A program made the translations under genes and the position numbers. From the IMG/VR virus record IMGVR_UViG_2599185221_000008: a stretch of DNA of 64,000 bases, one strand, 5' to 3'. This document shows, piece by piece, positions 38,736 through 49,051 of this stretch; positions within the stretch are counted from its first letter, which is position 1, and the number at the start of each line of letters is the position of its first letter. This stretch comes from an uncultured virus (IMG/VR IMGVR_UViG_2599185221_000008). Its lineage: Duplodnaviria > Heunggongvirae > Uroviricota > Caudoviricetes. A model generated the notes under the pieces. That model was not told the origin of the DNA. It made no database searches and was given only the letters and a program-made list of their open reading frames with translations.

Positions 38736-41207
38736 ATGGCAACCTATCAAGCGATAAATGCTTGTACATGGCGTAATGGCAGTTGGATTGCGGGTGTAAC
38801 CGACTACGTTCGACAAGGGGTTTATGCCCCAGCCAATAATTATGAGAATGTTGGCGCCATGTTATTTGACCTTACAAGTATTCGAAATACCTATGCAAAC
38901 TATTATCCTACCTCCGCCAGTATTCGTCTTGTTAGGATAGCTGCAGGTGATTGGGGGTCAGCCAGAACTATAACACTATATGCTGGAAATGCATATGGTT
39001 TGCCATCTCCTAGTTCGGGTACCAGCATATCCGGGAGTAGACCTACGAAAGTTACCTCTGGGTATAGCTATACTGTTTCTGCCGGACAAGGTACAAAGGA
39101 TATCGCAATTTCCACCGCACTCATTGATTCCATCGGTAGTGGAGCTAGTAATTGTTTATTCATGGATGCTGGCTCCAGCACACTAAACTATATGGGATTT
39201 CGAGCCAGAGATGATTTAAGCCAGATAGTGTTAACCATTAACTGGGCAATAAGAACCACAGCTTGTAGTGCTCCTACATCCTGTTCATTGAGTGCAACTC
39301 TCTCGGAGGACAATGTTACATTATCATGGAGTGGTGCTTCCGGTGGTACAAATAATGCCATCTCCTCCTACGAGATACAGTATAGTGATTCTGCTGACAA
39401 CTTGAATTGGGGATCGTGGACAGCACTAACTACAGTAACCACCACGGCCACTAGTGGCAGCTTGTCAGTTGCACCACCATCAACACGGGGTAATTATCGT
39501 AGGTTTCGGGTGCGAACTCGAGGTACAGCAGGAGCAAGTTATTATTCAGGCTGGAGAGTATCGTCGAACTCTGTTCGCAGAAACACAGTTCCTAGCCCAC
39601 CAACTACAGTGACTGCTACTCCAATCAATTATAGTGATGAAACAATCACGCTTACTTGGAGTGGTGCTTCTGGAAGTACGAGTGCAATCAAGGGATACCA
39701 GATTGCCAGTAGAACATCTACGGATAACAGCACATGGAGTCCGTGGAACGTTCTAACCATATTGGCCCTATCGGCTAGTGGAGGTAGTTATAGCCCTAAC
39801 GTGTCACGAGTTCCAGGAACATATACTCAATTTGGTGTATGGACGATAGATAATCTCGATGTCTACTCCTCGGAAAAAATCAGTAATAGCATTTACTGTG
39901 ATATCACGGCTTGTGGAGCACCGACCGCTTGCTCGGTAAGTTCAACTTTAGCTGAAGGAAATGTTACTCTTTCATGGAGTGGTGCATCTAGTGGCGCAGG
40001 CAACACCATCACATCCTATGAGATTCAATATAGTGACTCGGCAGATAACAGCACATGGGGAGCATGGACAGCATTAACAATAGCGATTTCCTCAACAACA
40101 AGTGGCAGCGTAGTTGTTAGCCCACCGACAACTCGCGGTTATTACCGTAGGTTTAGAGTTAGGACACGTGGTACGGCTGGAGAGAGTTTTTATTCTGACT
40201 GGACTATATCTAGCAACACTGTCCGCAGAAATACACTGCCCATTCCGCCTACTTCTTTCACTGCTACTCCGCCAATATATGAGACGAATACAGTAACTCT
40301 TATGTGGAGCGGAACGATACCGGGAACCAGTGCCATCAAGCAATATGTTATTCAACAAGCTACATCAGCAGACGGTATAAATTGGTCGGTATATGAAGCA
40401 TTGACTACTATTATTTCAAGTGCTACTTCAGGTACCCATCAGGTAAATGCTTCCCCGGTACCTGGAATGTATACCCGCTATCGAATAAGCGTAACAGATA
40501 CACTTGATGCAGTTTCAAGCCATGTGGTTAGTAACACGGTAAAGAAAAACAGTCCGCCTGCTGCTCCGATCATCGTCAGTCCTATGACCGGAAAGTCTAC
40601 TTATAACACGACACCACGCTTTATGATTACTACAGGCACTGAACCAGACGGTCAGACACAGATTGTGGAAGTAAAGATTGATTCAGGTGAGTGGGTTAAT
40701 AGTGTGGATAATCCTGAGAGATTTTCTACGAGTGGCTATCTGGGAAATGGTGTTAGTACGGTGTACCAAGCGGAACCGCTTGCAGTAGGAAACCATACTG
40801 TAATCTTCCGCTGTCTTGATAGTGATATTGAGTCGGCAAGCACAGAAGTTGTTCGGACATTTACTATACTACAGCCACCTTTTGAAACGATTACTGCAAA
40901 CGAGACTGTCGTAAAGGCAGCACATATTCAGACGCTTCGAACCGCTTTAAATATAGTGCTAAGTTATTACAACTTATCCCCTGTAATTTGGAGTGAAGAG
41001 ATTATTGCGGGAAGAACAACAGTTAAAAAATGGTCATTTCACATTACTGAAATCCGAAAAGCTATTGATACTATCATTACAGTGGTTAATGGTTTTGACT
41101 CTTCTGCAGCATTTGATATACCACCTGTGACATGGCTCCCTATTGGAACAGGGCGTCCAAAGGCGGATGTGATGCAACAAATCCACGATCTTATACTGAT
41201 GCTGTAA
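38736..41207 (+). CDS. Ser/Thr-rich tail protein with tandem fibronectin-III-like domains
   Basis: Four P...VTL.WSG...I..Y repeats in A-B-A-B arrangement. Confidence 0.7.
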   Translation: MATYQAINACTWRNGSWIAGVTDYVRQGVYAPANNYENVGAMLFDLTSIRNTYANYYPTSASIRLVRIAAGDWGSARTITLYAGNAYGLPSPSSGTSISGSRPTKVTSGYSYTVSAGQGTKDIAISTALIDSIGSGASNCLFMDAGSSTLNYMGFRARDDLSQIVLTINWAIRTTACSAPTSCSLSATLSEDNVTLSWSGASGGTNNAISSYEIQYSDSADNLNWGSWTALTTVTTTATSGSLSVAPPSTRGNYRRFRVRTRGTAGASYYSGWRVSSNSVRRNTVPSPPTTVTATPINYSDETITLTWSGASGSTSAIKGYQIASRTSTDNSTWSPWNVLTILALSASGGSYSPNVSRVPGTYTQFGVWTIDNLDVYSSEKISNSIYCDITACGAPTACSVSSTLAEGNVTLSWSGASSGAGNTITSYEIQYSDSADNSTWGAWTALTIAISSTTSGSVVVSPPTTRGYYRRFRVRTRGTAGESFYSDWTISSNTVRRNTLPIPPTSFTATPPIYETNTVTLMWSGTIPGTSAIKQYVIQQATSADGINWSVYEALTTIISSATSGTHQVNASPVPGMYTRYRISVTDTLDAVSSHVVSNTVKKNSPPAAPIIVSPMTGKSTYNTTPRFMITTGTEPDGQTQIVEVKIDSGEWVNSVDNPERFSTSGYLGNGVSTVYQAEPLAVGNHTVIFRCLDSDIESASTEVVRTFTILQPPFETITANETVVKAAHIQTLRTALNIVLSYYNLSPVIWSEEIIAGRTTVKKWSFHITEIRKAIDTIITVVNGFDSSAAFDIPPVTWLPIGTGRPKADVMQQIHDLILML

Positions 41208-41291
41208 GGTGTGTGATACGGCAACAGCACTCTTGTATTTTACAGGGGTGCTTTTTTAAATACACAAATTAATGTAATGGAGGTGTTTACA

Positions 41292-41732
41292 GTGAAAGAG
41301 ATTTGGAATTGGATACAGTTAGCTTTTGTGGCTGTTGGTGCTTTTCTTGGATGGTTTCTCGGCGGGTTTGACGGATTTCTATATACACTGGTCACTTTTG
41401 TAGCTATTGATTATCTGACAGGTGTCCTTTGTGCGATTACAGATAAAAAGCTGTCCAGCGAAATTGGTGCCAAGGGAATTTTCAAAAAGGTGCTCATCTT
41501 TGTAATGGTAGGTATCGCTCATATTCTTGATACACAAATTTTGGGGAGTGCAGGATACAATGGCAGCGCTTTGCGAACGGCGGTAATCTTTTTCTATCTA
41601 AGTAACGAGGGTGTATCCATTTTGGAGAATGCAGGTCATATTGGGCTACCCATCCCAGAAAAACTAAAGGCTGTTCTTAAGCAACTACATGGTCGTGATG
41701 AGGAACCTCCTAAGCCAGGTGATGAAATATGA
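41292..41732 (+). CDS. Holin (phage_holin_4 family)
   Basis: TM segments, DYLTG, NEGVSILEN, GLPIP. Confidence 0.88.
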   Translation: MKEIWNWIQLAFVAVGAFLGWFLGGFDGFLYTLVTFVAIDYLTGVLCAITDKKLSSEIGAKGIFKKVLIFVMVGIAHILDTQILGSAGYNGSALRTAVIFFYLSNEGVSILENAGHIGLPIPEKLKAVLKQLHGRDEEPPKPGDEI

Positions 41733-43123
41733 TTGACTTAACAAAAGCGGTAACGGTATTCATTGGTCGACGCGGTGAACACAATTACCGAAATATTGAG
41801 TTTGATGTATCAAGCCTACTGGAAAATAACTACCCAAGTGCCTCCTTAAATGCGATTTACAAAAGGCCTGATGGGGTTGCATATCCGGTAGTCACGAACT
41901 ACGCTGATGGTGTCCTTACATGGCAGCCCAATGCAACGGACACATCATTTGTTGGTGTTGGTCGGCTTGAAATAAGGGTTACTTATGGTGATGTGGTTGG
42001 AAAGAGTGCAAGAATACTAACCATAGTCGAGGATGCTCTTGTGGATGGAATTGTTGAACCACCAGAACCTCCTGCACAGGAATGGTTAAATAAAGTGCTT
42101 TCAGCTTTAGCTGAACTGGATATTGATGAAATAAATAATCTGCTCAACCTCACTTACAATCTATTAAACAACAACTATGATTTGCTAAATACAACACACA
42201 ATTTGGTTGAGGATACCCGCGAAAATCTATATAGGCGGACAGGTATTCTACTCAACCATTTGCATCCAATAGAAACAGCTAGTGCACCGGATATGATTAG
42301 CCGGAGGGCAGCCATCACATTTAGCAATATAGCAAATGGAAACGATGTAGTAATTGGCACGATAACATATACTTTCGTTACAGCTTTGGGCAGTCCAGCT
42401 GCAAATAATGTGCAGGTTCTAATTCAAGACACCCTCCGTAATACAGTTAAGACACTTGCTAGAGCTATAAGGGGCATTGATGACGAAATGAATATTGCCT
42501 ATGGAACTGGGACTGATCCAAACCCAATATGTACAGCTTACTGGACAAGTCAAAGGTTTTCCATAGGTAGTACTACCGTTGAGGCAGGTGAGAGTCTTTT
42601 CCTACTTGAAAGAGCAGAAAACGTGACTTCCGCGATACCTCTCTCATCCACTGCAACGGCTATTATTAGTGACTTCACCCGGTCGGCCTATTCAAGATAT
42701 ATATTGTCTGGCAATGTCTCAGGTTCAGGCGGTGTAAACAGTGTCCGTGGCCCTTTGCACACGATATTACCTATTAATAGTGTGGTTATTGGCGGTCAGG
42801 GCGGAGAACTGTATCCAACGGCTTATGATTGCCATTTGATAACTCTTTGTCGTCAATCGGATACTAGTGAAAAGGAACTGGACTTGTATATTTCCAATGA
42901 TGAGGAGACGTTTACCAGAATTCAACGGAGTACTCCTATCGGGTCGAATACTTCAGCAGAATCCTTGCACATTCATATTCAAATGCGGCAGGCCAGAGTT
43001 CCAGCAGGTTACGGACTGTATATCTGTATGGGAAGTGATGGAACATCATCAAATGCTTATTGTGATTTAAAGTTTACCTATCACCTGTACCCTGTCCATC
43101 TTACACCTGAGCCAAATGATTAA
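41729..43123 (+). CDS. Protein with BppU-like N-terminal domain, located between holin and endolysin
   Basis: IGRRGE, KRPDG..YPV, LTW, G.GRLEI N-terminus; remainder unrecognised. Confidence 0.55.
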   Translation: MIDLTKAVTVFIGRRGEHNYRNIEFDVSSLLENNYPSASLNAIYKRPDGVAYPVVTNYADGVLTWQPNATDTSFVGVGRLEIRVTYGDVVGKSARILTIVEDALVDGIVEPPEPPAQEWLNKVLSALAELDIDEINNLLNLTYNLLNNNYDLLNTTHNLVEDTRENLYRRTGILLNHLHPIETASAPDMISRRAAITFSNIANGNDVVIGTITYTFVTALGSPAANNVQVLIQDTLRNTVKTLARAIRGIDDEMNIAYGTGTDPNPICTAYWTSQRFSIGSTTVEAGESLFLLERAENVTSAIPLSSTATAIISDFTRSAYSRYILSGNVSGSGGVNSVRGPLHTILPINSVVIGGQGGELYPTAYDCHLITLCRQSDTSEKELDLYISNDEETFTRIQRSTPIGSNTSAESLHIHIQMRQARVPAGYGLYICMGSDGTSSNAYCDLKFTYHLYPVHLTPEPND

Positions 43124-43140
43124 ATGTTGAGGTGATTATA

Positions 43141-43842
43141 ATGAAATTATACAAACTAATACTTACGAACAATGCCTGCTACAAGGCAGGTAAAACAATA
43201 AAACCGAATGGTATAATGATTCACTCAACAGGGGCTAACAACCCGTGGTTGAAGAGATATGTTGGCCCAGATGACGGTTTGCTCGGAAAGAACCAATACA
43301 ATAATCATTGGAATCAGGATAAACCTGGAGGTCGTCAAGTTTGTGTCCATGCTTTTATTGGCAAATTAGCAGATGGTTCCATTGCCACCTATCAAACATT
43401 GCCTTGGAATCACAGAGGTTGGCATGCTGGAGGAGATGCAAATAATACTCATATTGGATTTGAAATCTGCGAGGACGGTTTGACCGATACCTCGTTTTTT
43501 AATGCAGTTTATAAGGAAGCAGTAGAGCTTTGTGTACATCTTTGCAAACTCTATGGACTTAGTGAGAAGGATATCATCTGTCATAGTGAAGGCTATAAGC
43601 AAGGTATAGCCAGTAACCATGCAGATGTTATGCACTGGTTTCCTAAGCATGGCAAGACCATGGATACTTTTAGAGCAGACGTTAAGAAACTTCTAAGCGA
43701 AGGAGTAAAATCAGCAGAACCAGTGCAAAAGAAATACTACCGTGTACAAATAGGTGCATACACTGTCAAAGCAAATGCTGAGGCACAGCTTGCCAAAGCT
43801 AAAAAGGCAGGATTTACGGATGCATTTATTAAGTATGATTAA
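43141..43842 (+). CDS. Endolysin: N-acetylmuramoyl-L-alanine amidase plus SPOR domain
   Basis: IMIHSTG, WHAGG, IGFEICE, HADV; YRVQIGAY. Confidence 0.9.
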   Translation: MKLYKLILTNNACYKAGKTIKPNGIMIHSTGANNPWLKRYVGPDDGLLGKNQYNNHWNQDKPGGRQVCVHAFIGKLADGSIATYQTLPWNHRGWHAGGDANNTHIGFEICEDGLTDTSFFNAVYKEAVELCVHLCKLYGLSEKDIICHSEGYKQGIASNHADVMHWFPKHGKTMDTFRADVKKLLSEGVKSAEPVQKKYYRVQIGAYTVKANAEAQLAKAKKAGFTDAFIKYD

Positions 43843-43922
43843 TCAAAGGGAGCGAGTAAAAAAGTATTTTTGCTTTAGCTTCACAGAGTTTCCCTAAAAA
43901 AAACTAACTATTAGATGTATAT

Positions 43923-43959
43923 AGCCTGTGGGGGTTATTCCCTTGCAGGCTCTTTTTTT
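43923..43959 (+). terminator. Intrinsic terminator after the lysin
   Basis: AGCCTG...CAGGCT followed by a T-run. Confidence 0.75.
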
Positions 43960-43986
43960 ATGCTCTGGTTTTATTTTATTTTTACA

Positions 43987-44025
43987 AATCCTCAACTTCG
44001 ACCTGTTCCCGCGGCTATTAGGTAG
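43987..44025 (+). promoter_or_regulatory. Conserved phage promoter-like motif, copy 3
   Basis: AATCCTCAAC-N16-GGCTATTAGGTAG directly before the SHOCT gene. Confidence 0.65.
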
Positions 44026-44038
44026 GAGGTGATTCTAC

Positions 44039-44275
44039 ATGAATCAGCATGAGGATAAAAAAGTTATGAAGATCTCAGATGGGGTTATAGACAAAAGCAT
44101 CGAATTAAAGAAAATGTCACAGGAGCAGCTAAAGCGTGAGTTTGATTATATTCAAGCAGAGAAATTACTTAGAAAGATGCTTCAAAAAGGTTTAATAACG
44201 GAGGCAGAATTCAACAAGATAGACGCACTCAACCGCCAAACTTTCTCTCCTTTTTTAGCAGAGATAATGCCCTGA
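44039..44275 (+). CDS. Small SHOCT-like protein (candidate recombination directionality factor)
   Basis: MLQKGLITEAEFNKI; paralog at 58279-58527. Confidence 0.7.
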   Translation: MNQHEDKKVMKISDGVIDKSIELKKMSQEQLKREFDYIQAEKLLRKMLQKGLITEAEFNKIDALNRQTFSPFLAEIMP

Positions 44276-44280
44276 AGTCG

Positions 44281-44314
44281 TTGATATATAAGGGTTTCAG
44301 AGGTAATATGTGAC
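44281..44314 (+). promoter_or_regulatory. Promoter TTGATA-N17-TAATAT overlapping the 17-mer CAGAGGTAATATGTGAC
   Basis: Identical 17-mer on the - strand at 58252-58268. Confidence 0.6.
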
Positions 44315-44336
44315 CTACCAAGAAGGAGGTGAGGCG

Positions 44337-45896
44337 ATGAAAAAGATAACGAAAATAGAAGGAAATAAGGTTGCATCGATTATCAAACCTAAACTACGAG
44401 TGGCCGCATACTGTCGTGTTTCTACGGGTAGTGATGAACAGTTAGTAAGTCTACAAGCACAAAAATCCCATTATGAGACTTACATAAAGGCAAACCCAGA
44501 ATGGGAGTATGTTGGCTTGTATTATGATGAGGGAATTAGTGGCACTAAAAAAGAAAACCGAACGGAACTTCTAAGAATGCTGTCAGATTGTGAAAACAAG
44601 AAGATTGACTTAATTATTACAAAGTCCATTAGTAGGTTTGCAAGAAACACTACGGATTGTTTGGAGATGGTTCGTAAACTGTTGGACCTTGGGATTTATA
44701 TCTACTTTGAGAAAGAGAATATCAATACCCAATCAATGGAAAGTGAACTGATGCTTTCTATATTAAGCGGGCTTGCAGAAAGTGAGTCAATCTCCATTTC
44801 GGAAAATAACAAGTGGGCAATTCAAAGGAGATTTCAGAACGGAACTTTTAAGATTTCTTACCCACCATATGGCTATGACAACATTGATGGTCAAATGGTG
44901 GTAAACCCTGAGCAAGCAGAAATTGTGAAGTATATTTTCGCAGAAGTATTATCAGGCAAGGGTACACAGAAAATAGCAGATGATCTTAATCAAAAGGGTA
45001 TCCCCTCCAAAAGAGGTGGTCGTTGGACTGCTACCACAATTCGAGGAATTCTAAAAAATGAGAAATATACCGGGGATGTTATACTGCAAAAAACCTATAC
45101 AGATTCCCGTTTTAATAAGCGCACCAATTATGGTGAGAAAAACAGATATTTAATAGAAAATCACCATGAGGCAATTATCAGCCATGAAGTGTTTGAAGCA
45201 GTAGAAGCTGCCTTAAATCAAAGGGCAAAAGAAAAGGGAATAGAAAAGCGTAATGATAAGTACCAAAACCGGTATTCTTTCTCCGGGAAAATTATTTGCT
45301 CGGAATGTGGTAGCACCTTTAAAAGACGAATTCATTCATCCGGCACAAGAAAATATGTAGCCTGGTGTTGTAGTAAACACTTAAAGCAGATAACAGAATG
45401 TTCCATGCAGTTTATTCGAGATGAGGATATAAAGACGGCCTTTGTTACTATGATTAACAAGCTGATTTTCGGTAGAAAACTTATTCTACAACCACTATTA
45501 GATGCTTTGCGTGGAATGAGCAACTCAGATAACCTTTCAAGAATTCAGGAATTAGAGAAGCAAATTGAAAAAAATGCAGAACAGAGAGAACTGCTTGTAA
45601 AGCTTATGGCAAAGGGTTATCTAGAACCAGCCCTTTTTAACAGAGAAAACAATGAACTGCAAATGGAAGCAGATAATTATATGGGGCAAAAAGAAGCTTT
45701 AATTCATGCTTTAAATGGAGAATTATCAAAGGTGCAGGAAGTCAGTAACTTAATAAAGTTTACAAATAAGGCTGAAATGATAAATACCTTTAGCGAGCAA
45801 ATTTTCAATGATTATGTTGAAAAAATTATCGTTTTCTCAAGGGTAGAGATAGGTTTTGTTCTGAAATGTGGAATCACACTAAGGGAAAGGATGTGA
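44337..45896 (+). CDS. Large serine recombinase A
   Basis: YCRVST catalytic Ser, [19 protein letters not shown] zinc ribbon, coiled coil. Confidence 0.93.
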   Translation: MKKITKIEGNKVASIIKPKLRVAAYCRVSTGSDEQLVSLQAQKSHYETYIKANPEWEYVGLYYDEGISGTKKENRTELLRMLSDCENKKIDLIITKSISRFARNTTDCLEMVRKLLDLGIYIYFEKENINTQSMESELMLSILSGLAESESISISENNKWAIQRRFQNGTFKISYPPYGYDNIDGQMVVNPEQAEIVKYIFAEVLSGKGTQKIADDLNQKGIPSKRGGRWTATTIRGILKNEKYTGDVILQKTYTDSRFNKRTNYGEKNRYLIENHHEAIISHEVFEAVEAALNQRAKEKGIEKRNDKYQNRYSFSGKIICSECGSTFKRRIHSSGTRKYVAWCCSKHLKQITECSMQFIRDEDIKTAFVTMINKLIFGRKLILQPLLDALRGMSNSDNLSRIQELEKQIEKNAEQRELLVKLMAKGYLEPALFNRENNELQMEADNYMGQKEALIHALNGELSKVQEVSNLIKFTNKAEMINTFSEQIFNDYVEKIIVFSRVEIGFVLKCGITLRERM

Positions 45897-45901
45897 GAAA
45901 A

Positions 45902-46330
45902 ATGGCGCACACGCCCTATGGCTATAGGATAGAGAATGGAATAGCAGTTATCGATGAAGAAAAAGCTGAAAAGGTTAGGAATTTATATAAGGGTTACTTA
46001 TCAGGCCTTTCCTTATCGGTCGCAGCAAAGTCTGCTGGAATAGATGCTTATCATGGAACTGCTGGAAGGATGCTAAGAAATGAACGTTATCTTGGTGATG
46101 ATTATTACCCTGCCATCATTGACAAAGAGACCTACGAAAGAGCAGAAACAGAGAGGGTAAAGAGAGCAAAAAAGCTAGGCAGAATCTTTGAACCCAAGAC
46201 AGAAGATAAACCTACTATTTATAAGAAGTTTTCCATAGGACAAATAATTCAGAAGTATACAAATCCTTTTACACAAGCGGAATATGTATACAGCTTAATA
46301 GAAAGTGAGGTGCAGCAAGATGGCAGTTAA
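45902..46330 (+). CDS. Small recombinase-domain protein (no catalytic domain)
   Basis: [20 protein letters not shown]. Confidence 0.8.
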   Translation: MAHTPYGYRIENGIAVIDEEKAEKVRNLYKGYLSGLSLSVAAKSAGIDAYHGTAGRMLRNERYLGDDYYPAIIDKETYERAETERVKRAKKLGRIFEPKTEDKPTIYKKFSIGQIIQKYTNPFTQAEYVYSLIESEVQQDGS

Positions 46331-47885
46331 TAAAAATGTAATGATTATACCTGCAATAAAACGTGTAGGCAACAATCGAAAAGAAGATGAAACACCAAAA
46401 CTTCGGGTCGCTGCTTATTGCCGAGTTTCTACAGATAGTGATGAGCAGGCTAGTAGTTACGAAGTGCAGATTGAACACTATACAGAGTTTATTAAGAAGA
46501 ATTCAGAGTGGGAATTTGCAGGGATCTTTGCTGATGATGGTATCAGCGGCACAAATACAAAAAATCGCGACGAATTTAATCGAATGATTGATGAGTGCAT
46601 GGCTGGGAAAATTGATATGGTTATTACCAAATCAATAAGCCGATTTGCTAGAAATACCTTGGACTGTCTACAATACATCAGAAAACTTAAAGATAAAAAT
46701 GTTGCGGTATATTTTGAGAAAGAAAATATCAATACACTGGATGCCAAAGGTGAAATTATGCTTACCATTATGGCATCCTTAGCGCAACAAGAGAGCCAGT
46801 CATTAAGCCAGAATGTAAAGCTTGGTTACCAATACCGATACCAACAGGGAGAGGTAATGGTCAATTGTTCTAGGTTTTTAGGATATACCAAAGATGAAAA
46901 TAAGCGATTAGTAATTGTGCCGGAGGAAGCTGAAATAGTTAAAAGGATTTACCGAGAGTATCTTGAAGGCTCAAGTATGGATAAAATCAAAAAAGGACTT
47001 GAAGCTGATGGCATACTTACGGGAGCGGGAAAAAAAAGGTGGCATACCAGTACTATAAGGAAAATATTAAGCAATGAAAAATACATTGGTGATGCATTGC
47101 TCCAAAAAACTTATACGGTAGATTTTCTTACAAAAAAGAGGGTTGTAAATAACGGAATCGTACCTCAGTATTATGTAGAGAATAACCATGAAGCCATTAT
47201 CCCGCGTGAAATCTTCATGCAGGTACAAGAAGAGTTAGTTCGTAGAAGTAGAGGACATATAAGTACTAGTGGAAAGAAAAGAAACTTTAGTTCAAATCAT
47301 GTATTTTCACAAATTATCTTCTGTGGAGAGTGTGGCGAAATATACCGTAGAGTTCATTGGAATAACCGAGGTAAAAAATCGATTGTTTGGAGATGCGTCA
47401 GTAGACTTGAGAATACAGGGTTAACTTGTCATTCCCGAACCGTGCTGGAGGATATGATAGGCCTTGCTACGGTGGATGCAATTAATAAACTAATAGGGCA
47501 AAAGGATGGCTTTTTAACTATCTTAAAGGAAAATATAGAAACAGTGATAAGTGAAACGGACAATAATATTGTTTCCGAGATAGATAAAAAGCTAGAGGAA
47601 TTACAAAAAGACCTTTTGAGACTGGCAAATTCCAAAGAAGATTATAACGATATAGCCGATGAGATTTACAGGCTCAGAGAGGAAAGACATAAGGCTTTAG
47701 CAGAAGAAGCTGGCAAAAAAGGTTCCAAGCAAAGACTAGAAGAGATGGAAAAATTTCTAAATGAACAATCCAGCCTCCTTGAGGAATATGATGAGCAGCT
47801 AGTAAGGAGACTTATAGAGAAAATAACGGTCTATGATGATAAACTAACTATTGAATTTAAATCTGGTGTAGAAGTAGATGTATAA
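46320..47885 (+). CDS. Large serine recombinase B
   Basis: YCRVST, SRFARNT, CGECG, EFKSG end. Confidence 0.93.
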   Translation: MAVNKNVMIIPAIKRVGNNRKEDETPKLRVAAYCRVSTDSDEQASSYEVQIEHYTEFIKKNSEWEFAGIFADDGISGTNTKNRDEFNRMIDECMAGKIDMVITKSISRFARNTLDCLQYIRKLKDKNVAVYFEKENINTLDAKGEIMLTIMASLAQQESQSLSQNVKLGYQYRYQQGEVMVNCSRFLGYTKDENKRLVIVPEEAEIVKRIYREYLEGSSMDKIKKGLEADGILTGAGKKRWHTSTIRKILSNEKYIGDALLQKTYTVDFLTKKRVVNNGIVPQYYVENNHEAIIPREIFMQVQEELVRRSRGHISTSGKKRNFSSNHVFSQIIFCGECGEIYRRVHWNNRGKKSIVWRCVSRLENTGLTCHSRTVLEDMIGLATVDAINKLIGQKDGFLTILKENIETVISETDNNIVSEIDKKLEELQKDLLRLANSKEDYNDIADEIYRLREERHKALAEEAGKKGSKQRLEEMEKFLNEQSSLLEEYDEQLVRRLIEKITVYDDKLTIEFKSGVEVDV

Positions 47886-47903
47886 ACATAACCTTCATGA
47901 ATG

Positions 47904-47947
47904 ACCACCATTCAGGAGATATATTCTCTTGATTGGTGGTTTTCTTT
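47904..47947 (+). terminator. Intrinsic terminator after the recombinases
   Basis: ACCACCA.TCAGGAGA/TCTCTTGA.TGGTGGT stem followed by T-rich tail. Confidence 0.7.
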
Positions 47948-47949
47948 CA

Positions 47950-47978
47950 TTGACTGGAATTGGTAAAAGGCATATAAT
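47950..47978 (+). promoter_or_regulatory. Sigma-A promoter of the cargo operon (TTGACT-N17-TATAAT)
   Basis: Near-consensus boxes with optimal spacing. Confidence 0.75.
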
Positions 47979-48025
47979 CTTATTAACAATGTTGTTGATA
48001 TTGTTATTGATAAGGAGATGACAAC

Positions 48026-48265
48026 ATGGGTGATGTTAATGAGTTACTAGAAGAAGCTATTAAGGAAACTGAAAACTTGAATGAAGGTGAAGTCTTTCTT
48101 GTTAAAGATTTGTTCAAGGGTTATGTATGGAATAGAATACCCAGAAAGGATCGACTTCTGCTTGGGACTTTATTTTTAAACTACGTAAATAAAATGGAAG
48201 GTAATATAAAGGCAATTGAAAAGACCTCATCTAACCAGCAGAGGTACGAAAAGGTTTGTAAATAA
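48026..48265 (+). CDS. DUF1413-family small protein
   Basis: GEVFLVKDLFKGYVWN...LLGTLF...KTSSNQQRY. Confidence 0.7.
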   Translation: MGDVNELLEEAIKETENLNEGEVFLVKDLFKGYVWNRIPRKDRLLLGTLFLNYVNKMEGNIKAIEKTSSNQQRYEKVCK

Positions 48266-48292
48266 TTTAACTATTCATGAGGGGGGATCGTT

Positions 48293-49051
48293 TTGTCATT
48301 AATATGTAGGCTGTTTGGTCACAAGTGGAAAGATGGAGTTTGTAATCGCTGTAATAAGAAGAAAGCTGAGTATGATGATAAAGTTCAAGCAGCAATAAGC
48401 GGGAATAAAGAAATCTTGCAGACAGGTAGGACTTCTGTAGATCAATTAGAGCATGATTTGAAAAAAGCTATAGCAGATGAGAAAAAAAGTATAAATCCAA
48501 AGTTCCACAGAACAGAAAAGGAAGAAGAGTTGTCATTTAACTTCTCACAAAAATGGGCATCGGCAATTCAGAAATATGAGGATGCCATATATTCTGAGAC
48601 AGCTAAAGTAGGTACGCTGGATTCTATAGATAAGAATATTGAGCAATGTCATAAAGCTATAGATGCTTTCGAAGCTTTTAGGAATTACTGTTATAAAAAG
48701 AGTAAAGGCGGTCAAATCTATTTTGATGATATGTGGGAACACTGTCACAATTCTAAAGATCCTTGTTTTAGTTATATTCAAAGCACTAAAGATTACCTTA
48801 TAGAGCTTACAGAAAATTATGATACATACAAAATTCGTTTTGAGAAAGAGAGTCGGCTTGATACGATTTTATTAGATATTATTAGTAACGATAATGGTAT
48901 TTCTCAACGGAAACTTTACCCGTTAATTCCCGAGGTACCACAAGCCACTATACGTAAGGCGGTAGATGGGCTTGCTAAAGATGGAAAGATTATTAAAGAA
49001 AAGAAAGGCAGTAGTTATACTTTAAGACTTGCTGAGGGTGAGAAAAATTGA
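48293..49051 (+). CDS. Hypothetical protein with N-terminal C..FGHKW..CxxC motif and C-terminal winged HTH
   Basis: CRLFGHKW..CNRC; GISQRKLY...IRKAVDGLAKDGKIIKEKKG. Confidence 0.55.
   Translation: MSLICRLFGHKWKDGVCNRCNKKKAEYDDKVQAAISGNKEILQTGRTSVDQLEHDLKKAIADEKKSINPKFHRTEKEEELSFNFSQKWASAIQKYEDAIYSETAKVGTLDSIDKNIEQCHKAIDAFEAFRNYCYKKSKGGQIYFDDMWEHCHNSKDPCFSYIQSTKDYLIELTENYDTYKIRFEKESRLDTILLDIISNDNGISQRKLYPLIPEVPQATIRKAVDGLAKDGKIIKEKKGSSYTLRLAEGEKN

Noticed and set aside
38736..41207. Possible DGR template/variable repeat pair in the tail gene
   Set aside because: Both repeats are in-frame coding domains with differences not confined to adenines, and there is no reverse transcriptase in the window
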